Shown here: positions 58,698 through 64,000 of the stretch, piece after piece
Numbering within the stretch: the stretch's first letter is position 1
How the letters are laid out: the number at the start of each line of letters is the position of its first letter
Assembly: GCA_047638675.1 (NCBI GenBank)
Contig: JBLIML010000002.1
Span: forward strand, 30,017 to 94,016
DNA: 64,000 nt
Direction of reading: 5' to 3'
Source of the DNA: Planctomycetota bacterium
GTDB taxonomy: Bacteria; Pseudomonadota; Gammaproteobacteria; Eutrophobiales; Eutrophobiaceae
Notes under the pieces: model-generated
What the model was told of the DNA's origin: nothing
The model's input: the letters and a program-made list of their open reading frames with translations, nothing else
Databases searched by the model: none
Program-made: the position numbers and the translations under genes

Positions 58698-60199
58698 ACT
58701 ATTCACGTCAACTTTTATTTGGTTTCTGTTTGATGCTGGTTTTATTAGATGTGCTTGCCTTCAATGAGAAAGAGATTGTAATCGGTTCAAAAAATTTCAC
58801 AGAGAATATTATTGTTGCAGAGATTGCGACACAGTTAATTAGAGAGACAGGCATAAATGTATCGCATCGTTCCGGGCTTGGTGGGTCTCGCATTTTGTGG
58901 TCGGCGCTTCATGCAGGAGAGATTGCTGCTTATCCCGAATATACGGGGACTTTGAAAAAGGAAATTTTATCAGATAAAAATATTGATACATTTGCTCAGC
59001 TAAAAGCCGTGCTTAAAGGGGAGGGCATTGGTATTACTCCAGTCTTGGGGTTTAACAATACCTATATCATCGGCATGCTGGAAACAGTTGCTGGTGCTTT
59101 GGATGTTAATACCATATCCGATCTGAAGCGGCATCCAGAATTAACGTTTGCTTTCAGTAACGAGTTCATGGACCGTGGTGATGGTTGGCCCGGTTTACAG
59201 GCACACTATCAATTACCACAAGTTGAGGTAAGTGGGCTGGATCACGATCTTGCATACCGAGCGCTCAGCAGTGGTGCAATCGATGCTATGGATTTGTATT
59301 CCACCGATGCAGAAATTCAATATTACAAGATTCGCTCCTTAATAGATGATCAACATTATTTTCCTGATTATCATGCGGTCTACTTGTATCGACTGGATCA
59401 GTCGAAAGCCTTCGTAAATCAATTACGGATGATATCTGGTCAGATTGATGACGCAAGCATGCTTGCAATGAATGCTGCGGTGAAACTTGATGGAGAGTCT
59501 GAGAAGGCAGTTTCCTCTGCCTTTATCATGCAAAGATTCGATATCGAGTCACAGTTTGTTGCGACAACGGTATTCAATCGTTTTCTGAAGAATACCAAAG
59601 ACCATCTGGCATTGGTTGCGGTCTCCCTGTTATTTGCAATTTTGATCGCCATTCCTTTGGGTATAATTGCGGCCCGACGACCTGGATCTGGGCGGGTGAT
59701 TCTGACAATAACAGCGATTTTACAAACTATACCTTCGCTGGCCTTGTTTGTTTTCATGATCCCACTTTTGGGAATTGGTGGGCCGCCTACTATATTCGCC
59801 CTGTTTATTTACAGTCTTTTGCCCATCGTCAGGAATACTTATAGCGGGCTACACGATATTCCTGCTGCTTTGCGCGAATCTGCACAGGTAATCGGACTAC
59901 CCTCTGCGGCCAGCCTTAGACTAGTGGAGTTGCCATTGGCAACGCGATCCATCTTTGCCGGGATAAAAACCTCTGCAGTCATTAATGTAGGTACGGCAAC
60001 ACTGGGGGCGCTAATTGGAGCGGGAGGCTATGGTCAACCGATTATTAGCGGTATACGCCTGGATGATATCGGTTTGATATTACAAGGGGCGATTCCGGCT
60101 GCGGTTCTGGCCTTACTGGTACAGGGCATGTTTGAATTGTTTGAGCGCTTAATTTTGCCGGAACCACTGCGTTACCAGCTTGAGAATCGTAAAGGGTAA
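58694..60199 (+). CDS. Fused substrate-binding (OpuAC-like) + permease protein of the ABC transporter
   Basis: 501 aa. The N-terminal half is periplasmic-binding-like (IVIGSKNFTENIIVAEI...YPEYTGT). The C-terminal half has 5-6 TM helices with a BPD-transport permease motif. Confidence 0.85.
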   Translation: MNYSRQLLFGFCLMLVLLDVLAFNEKEIVIGSKNFTENIIVAEIATQLIRETGINVSHRSGLGGSRILWSALHAGEIAAYPEYTGTLKKEILSDKNIDTFAQLKAVLKGEGIGITPVLGFNNTYIIGMLETVAGALDVNTISDLKRHPELTFAFSNEFMDRGDGWPGLQAHYQLPQVEVSGLDHDLAYRALSSGAIDAMDLYSTDAEIQYYKIRSLIDDQHYFPDYHAVYLYRLDQSKAFVNQLRMISGQIDDASMLAMNAAVKLDGESEKAVSSAFIMQRFDIESQFVATTVFNRFLKNTKDHLALVAVSLLFAILIAIPLGIIAARRPGSGRVILTITAILQTIPSLALFVFMIPLLGIGGPPTIFALFIYSLLPIVRNTYSGLHDIPAALRESAQVIGLPSAASLRLVELPLATRSIFAGIKTSAVINVGTATLGALIGAGGYGQPIISGIRLDDIGLILQGAIPAAVLALLVQGMFELFERLILPEPLRYQLENRKG

Positions 60200-60203
60200 A
60201 ACG

Positions 60204-60227
60204 AAAAAAGTTGGGACCAATCCCAAC
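60204..60227 (-). terminator. Rho-independent terminator for the minus-strand signalling operon
   Basis: GTTGGGA-ccaa-TCCCAAC (60210-60227), flanked by A6 at 60204-60209. This reads as stem-loop + TTTTTT on the minus strand, about 70 nt after the 60300 stop. Confidence 0.65.
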
Positions 60228-60299
60228 AGGCATACTGAACTTTGTCTTAACCCCGTGCTGCTCCAGCTAGCGGACTCAGGCTGGATGCCAACTATTCTT

Positions 60300-60923
60300 T
60301 TATTTCTGTATCAAGTCTTCATTATCTTTGCGTCGTTGCTCGACTATTTCCATGAAAGCATGAGCCACTCTTGGAACGTTTTCAAAATAGTGGGTGAGAG
60401 CAGAATAATCTGTGCGCAGGCATTCGACATTGTCTACGGCACGTACTGAAGCCGTCCGAACACCTCCCTGGAAATAGCCCATTTCACCAATGGGCTCGTA
60501 GGCTTCAACATATGCAATGTGCAAATGCGAGCCATCAAGATTGGTTCGATATACTTCGACTTTTCCGCTGGCAATAATGTAAAGCGTTGGGTCCGGTTCA
60601 TCCTGAATGATGAATTGTTTACCCGCTGGCACATTGACTTCTATAAAGCGACTGCTTATCGCCGCTAATTCTGTTTTGGAGAGCATGGAGAAAACCGGTG
60701 AGAAGGCGAGTCTATCGACGCGCTGCCGCCGTATGGCAAAATCATGTTCTTCTTGTGTAATTTCACCACTTTCAAGCAACAACTCGCCTATATGCTTTGG
60801 CACCTTTCCGTTTTTCAATGCTTGCCCTTGCCTCCTTACCGCATTTTGCAAGGCTCCAGGAGAAATAACGAGATAGCTGCCAAATCGCTTGGCTTCTGCT
60901 TGCATTATAATTTCTTCAGTCAT
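60300..60923 (-). CDS. Cyclic-nucleotide-binding domain protein with GspE_N/MshEN-like N-terminal region
   Basis: 207 aa. C-terminal cNMP-binding fold (FIIQDEPDPTLYIIASGKVEV...IGEMGYFQGGVRTASVRA). N-terminal RFGSYLVISPGALQNAVRRQ and HIGELLLESGEITQEEHDFAIRRQ. Confidence 0.7.
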   Translation of the reverse strand: MTEEIIMQAEAKRFGSYLVISPGALQNAVRRQGQALKNGKVPKHIGELLLESGEITQEEHDFAIRRQRVDRLAFSPVFSMLSKTELAAISSRFIEVNVPAGKQFIIQDEPDPTLYIIASGKVEVYRTNLDGSHLHIAYVEAYEPIGEMGYFQGGVRTASVRAVDNVECLRTDYSALTHYFENVPRVAHAFMEIVEQRRKDNEDLIQK

Positions 60924-60980
60924 GGTTCAATTCTCCAGTATGAGCTCATAATTCAGTACAAAACTTATAAATGTTCAGCA

Positions 60981-63104
60981 TTATGAAATTTCGAAGGATT
61001 CAACGTTAGTCAAGTCATCCAACTGACTACTGGCTTCTCCGATGAATTCGCCAATTGCATAATCGGCGCCGATACTGATCACTTCGGTCAGTGTGGTCGC
61101 GTCTTCTACGTCCTGTACAACTATTGCTGTGCCGCGCTTCTTCAAACTCGTTAGTAAGGACCCACCTTCTTCGGCATCAGCACTGACTTCTTCGGACAAT
61201 TGTTTAATCAGGGCGGGACTGACCTTCAAAAAATCAAAATTGGTTTTCTTTGTCAGTGTTTTCATTGATTCCACATCTTTGACGTGGGCTAACATAAATT
61301 TGAAACCATGTGATTTGTGTAAAAAGGTCATCAGGGCTTCGGCCTGTTTTTGTCGAGACGAGAATGTGTCAGCTGAAATCTCCAGTGCCACAGCTCGACC
61401 TGGGTGGCTTTTCCCGAGTCCGGACAAAAGTTCACGCAACCAGTTGAACAGAGTTGCATCTGCAAGGGACGCATCACTGATCTTCATCAAGAAGACATAT
61501 CGATCATGAGAACTGTGTGCTGCCCTGCCAATCGCCTCTCTTAACATCCATCTGTCAATATATTTTGGAAAGGAAGGTACCTTCTTCACTCGCGACATAA
61601 TTTCTTCTGCACCGACGGTAAGGCCATCGGGATCGATTAGTTGTAAAGAAGTTGCATATAACTCAGATTCATTTTCCTCTTCTTCAGCCAAAAACGAGAT
61701 GACTGGCTGAAAGGTTTGCACGACACGTTTTTCTTCAAATGAACGTTTCACAGCCAGTGCGGCAATGTTGAGTGTTGCATCGTCAAGAACTGCATCATCA
61801 CTTTCATGCGGCTTTGAAGGCTTCTCAGCTGCAGGAGGAGAAGCTTTTACTGCGGGCCCTTGCGGTGCTGGAGTTGGCGCAGGCTTTGGCACTGGTTTCG
61901 GTACAGCTTTAGCTTCGGTAGTCGGTGCAGGTTTGGGCGCTGGTATTGGCGCAGGCTTATCTGCTGCGTGTTCCTCACCCTGCCCACTCTGCTCAACAAT
62001 GTTGTCGGATTTTTCTACATCCACGGTGAGAGTCGCTGAGCGCTCTGCCGTTGGCGTCACTTCAGCGGCGGGTTTGTTGTCTTTACTTTCCTCAATCGTG
62101 ATACTGAGTTCTTCATCGACTTTAGTAGTAGTCGTCGCGGGAATCTCAGTCGTCGGCCGTTTTGTCGGAGGCGCTGCTACGGTATGGGCTTCGTTACATA
62201 TTTCGTAGCTGTTCTCTCCCTGTTTATTCGATGCGCTGATAACGGTGGCATTTGCCATTTTGATTATGGCTTCAGCTGAGTTTGCACTAATGGCAGTAGA
62301 AACAACACCAATGCTCACCGTATAACGATACTTCTTGCTATCAAATTTATAGGGACGCTTATTAAGATGATTACAAAGCCCCTGGAGGTTGAAATCCATC
62401 GCGATTGCAGAAGCGGGATCATCGATCAACAGTCCAATCGAAACTTCGCTAAAACGGGTGATACTGGGATTACAACCACCGATCTGGAAAACTTCAAAAG
62501 CCTGTTTCGCAATATGACGGACCATATTATCCCGAAGAATAACGCCGGCGACTCTAGCGATTTTCTCATGATTGTCCAGTTGAATCAGTAAGAGGATTCT
62601 ATCCGGTGCATCCGGCTCAGGTTTTTCGAGTTGCTGATAAAAAAGCCCCTTATTAAACGCGTGACTATGTAAAGTGGCGTCATTCGTACGTTGTCTTTCA
62701 AGCTTGTTTTCCTCGTAAGCATTGAGGATGGATTTACGTAATTCTTCCTTATTCAGCGTCTCCTTGCGAATATAATCAGACACCCCCGACTTAAGCGCAC
62801 GCACGGCGATTTCTTCATTTCCCGCACCGGTAAGCATGATAGTGGTCGGAAATAGCGGGTTTTTGCGATTCTTTCGAAGGATGTCCAGGCCAGTCACGCC
62901 GTGGATGCAAAGAAAATAATCCAGCAGCAAGACATCGTAGCGGGACCAATCAAAATCCAACTCAGGCACGCCTCTCGCGATAGGGTCGTATTCCTCCAGC
63001 TCAACTTCTGGGAACATCTTACCTAGACGCACTAGCAACAGTTTGCGAAAGTCACTGTCATCGTCAAAGATTAGAATTCGTTGTAAACTGCGGGTTTCGG
63101 TCAT
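60981..63104 (-). CDS. Response-regulator receiver + degenerate GGDEF + Pro/Ala/Lys-rich linker + degenerate EAL protein
   Basis: 707 aa. REC has FDDD, LLLDY, MLTGAG, K. GGDEF position reads RFSEVS. About 130 aa of low complexity (KPAPIPAPKPAPTTEAKAVPKPVPKPAPTPAP). The EAL-like domain has QDVED for EGVE and AIG for QG. Confidence 0.75.
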   Translation of the reverse strand: MTETRSLQRILIFDDDSDFRKLLLVRLGKMFPEVELEEYDPIARGVPELDFDWSRYDVLLLDYFLCIHGVTGLDILRKNRKNPLFPTTIMLTGAGNEEIAVRALKSGVSDYIRKETLNKEELRKSILNAYEENKLERQRTNDATLHSHAFNKGLFYQQLEKPEPDAPDRILLLIQLDNHEKIARVAGVILRDNMVRHIAKQAFEVFQIGGCNPSITRFSEVSIGLLIDDPASAIAMDFNLQGLCNHLNKRPYKFDSKKYRYTVSIGVVSTAISANSAEAIIKMANATVISASNKQGENSYEICNEAHTVAAPPTKRPTTEIPATTTTKVDEELSITIEESKDNKPAAEVTPTAERSATLTVDVEKSDNIVEQSGQGEEHAADKPAPIPAPKPAPTTEAKAVPKPVPKPAPTPAPQGPAVKASPPAAEKPSKPHESDDAVLDDATLNIAALAVKRSFEEKRVVQTFQPVISFLAEEEENESELYATSLQLIDPDGLTVGAEEIMSRVKKVPSFPKYIDRWMLREAIGRAAHSSHDRYVFLMKISDASLADATLFNWLRELLSGLGKSHPGRAVALEISADTFSSRQKQAEALMTFLHKSHGFKFMLAHVKDVESMKTLTKKTNFDFLKVSPALIKQLSEEVSADAEEGGSLLTSLKKRGTAIVVQDVEDATTLTEVISIGADYAIGEFIGEASSQLDDLTNVESFEIS

Positions 63105-63250
63105 GAGTTCAAGGTTGGCATGGAGTTAACTGGATTATAATAAGAAATCAGTCGCATTGGCATTGTATTTTAATTGCTTACATAGAGTGTAGACTGTTAA
63201 GTACTGATTTCCATCAATATTCGTGTGTTCACAGTGTAATCGGCGCTTAT

Positions 63251-64000
63251 CTACACGCCTAATTGTTTGGTCACGCTGTCTAATGCGACACCGCAATCCT
63301 CATCAATTTTAAGTGTCAGTTCATCGTCCGCTCGTGTTCGTCCCCTGTTGAGGGCACAGATGGCTTTGTCTGCGGCGATAGCAGCAAGACAAAAGCGATA
63401 GCCGGAATACACCATTAAGGATGAGCCGAGCACCAACATGCCATTGGCGCTGTGCAAATATTGCATTGCCTGTGCCACTATCTCTTTGGGCACAGATTGC
63501 CCAAAAAACACGACGTCCGGTTTGAGGATGCCGTCACATCGCGGGCAGGGGATGAGCTTGAAATCAGAGATGTCCATGGTCTCAAGTATGACATCTCCAT
63601 CCGGCGCGAATTCATTGAAGCGCTGATTGAACAGAGGATTCGCTTCATGCAGGTAAAGCTGTAAGGTGCTTCGCTGGAGTTGATGGTCGCAGCTCAGACA
63701 GCTTACGGTCTCCAGATTGCCATGGAGATCCAACACCCTGGACGAGCCCGCTTTCCGATGTAGGCTATCTACATTTTGCGTCACGATATGATGTATTAGC
63801 CCGGCTTCCTCGAGCGTTTTCAAGGCATGATGTGCAGTGCTGGGTTTGGCATTTTTTATGAGTGGCCAACCAAGCATACTCCTCGCCCAATAACGCTTTC
63901 TTGTCAACTCCACTTCCAAAAAATCCTGGAACTGCACCGGGCGCCGGTGTTTCCATTCCCCATTTTCATCCCGATAATCAGGAATACCCGAAGCGGTGCT
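63251..64000 (-). CDS. NAD-dependent protein deacylase, Sir2 family; 5' end beyond the window
   Basis: TQNVDSLHRKAG, LDLHGN, Zn ribbon CLSCD...CPRCDG. Reverse translation of 63938-64000 continues ...TASGIPDYRDENGEWKHRRPVQFQDF, so the true start is outside the window. Confidence 0.85.
   Translation of the reverse strand, partial: STASGIPDYRDENGEWKHRRPVQFQDFLEVELTRKRYWARSMLGWPLIKNAKPSTAHHALKTLEEAGLIHHIVTQNVDSLHRKAGSSRVLDLHGNLETVSCLSCDHQLQRSTLQLYLHEANPLFNQRFNEFAPDGDVILETMDISDFKLIPCPRCDGILKPDVVFFGQSVPKEIVAQAMQYLHSANGMLVLGSSLMVYSGYRFCLAAIAADKAICALNRGRTRADDELTLKIDEDCGVALDSVTKQLGV

Noticed and set aside
61765-62208. 147-aa Gly/Ala-rich ORF on the + strand.
   Set aside because: It is the complement of the Pro/Ala/Lys-rich linker of the 707-aa REC-GGDEF-EAL gene, so it is a compositional artefact.

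Overview
The window reads as a chromosomal segment of a gammaproteobacterium-like genome, roughly mid-40s % GC by eye. All calls come from reading the translated ORFs and the DNA by eye; no BLAST or HMM searches were run, so family names are motif-recognition calls. Most of it is conserved housekeeping in familiar syntenic blocks. These are proS / ilvI-ilvH-ilvC / psd-like-pssA / leuA, then udg-rimI-cysM, a ydbH-like/ydbL-like pair, rlmD, nagZ, dapF-DUF484-xerC and hslVU. They continue with DUF971-ubiE-ubiJ-ubiB, gpmI-envC-ctpA-yibQ facing rhodanese-secB-gpsA, then trmL, pyrD and greB. I saw no rRNA, tRNA, CRISPR array, transposase or phage integrase (xerC is the only recombinase). Several accessory or unusual stretches interrupt the core.
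1. An AT-rich single-gene insertion lies between pssA and leuA (6.25-8.5 kb).
2. A ~5 kb islet (17.8-22.7 kb) is punctuated by REP-like hairpin repeats. It carries a ParE-like toxin/antitoxin pair and a LysR-controlled tautomerase/esterase/GFA set with a 38-bp perfect palindrome operator.
3. A tightly overlapped ECF sigma module (22.7-25.6 kb) encodes three secreted, highly charged repeat or low-complexity proteins. This is my best candidate for an uncharacterised system.
4. A 54-aa Cys-motif sORF below the ORF-track cutoff is translationally coupled to greB, next to a 520-bp ORF-free leader of an RRM protein gene.
5. A PEP-CTERM protein gene and a PrsT-like TPR gene are both disrupted (in-frame stop; 5' frameshift).
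6. A second-messenger operon (60.3-63.1 kb) pairs a REC + degenerate GGDEF + degenerate EAL protein with a cNMP-binding protein carrying an MshEN-like N-terminus.
I also note a Psd homologue lacking its pyruvoyl-forming Gly-Ser site and a candidate Leu-run leader peptide upstream of leuA.
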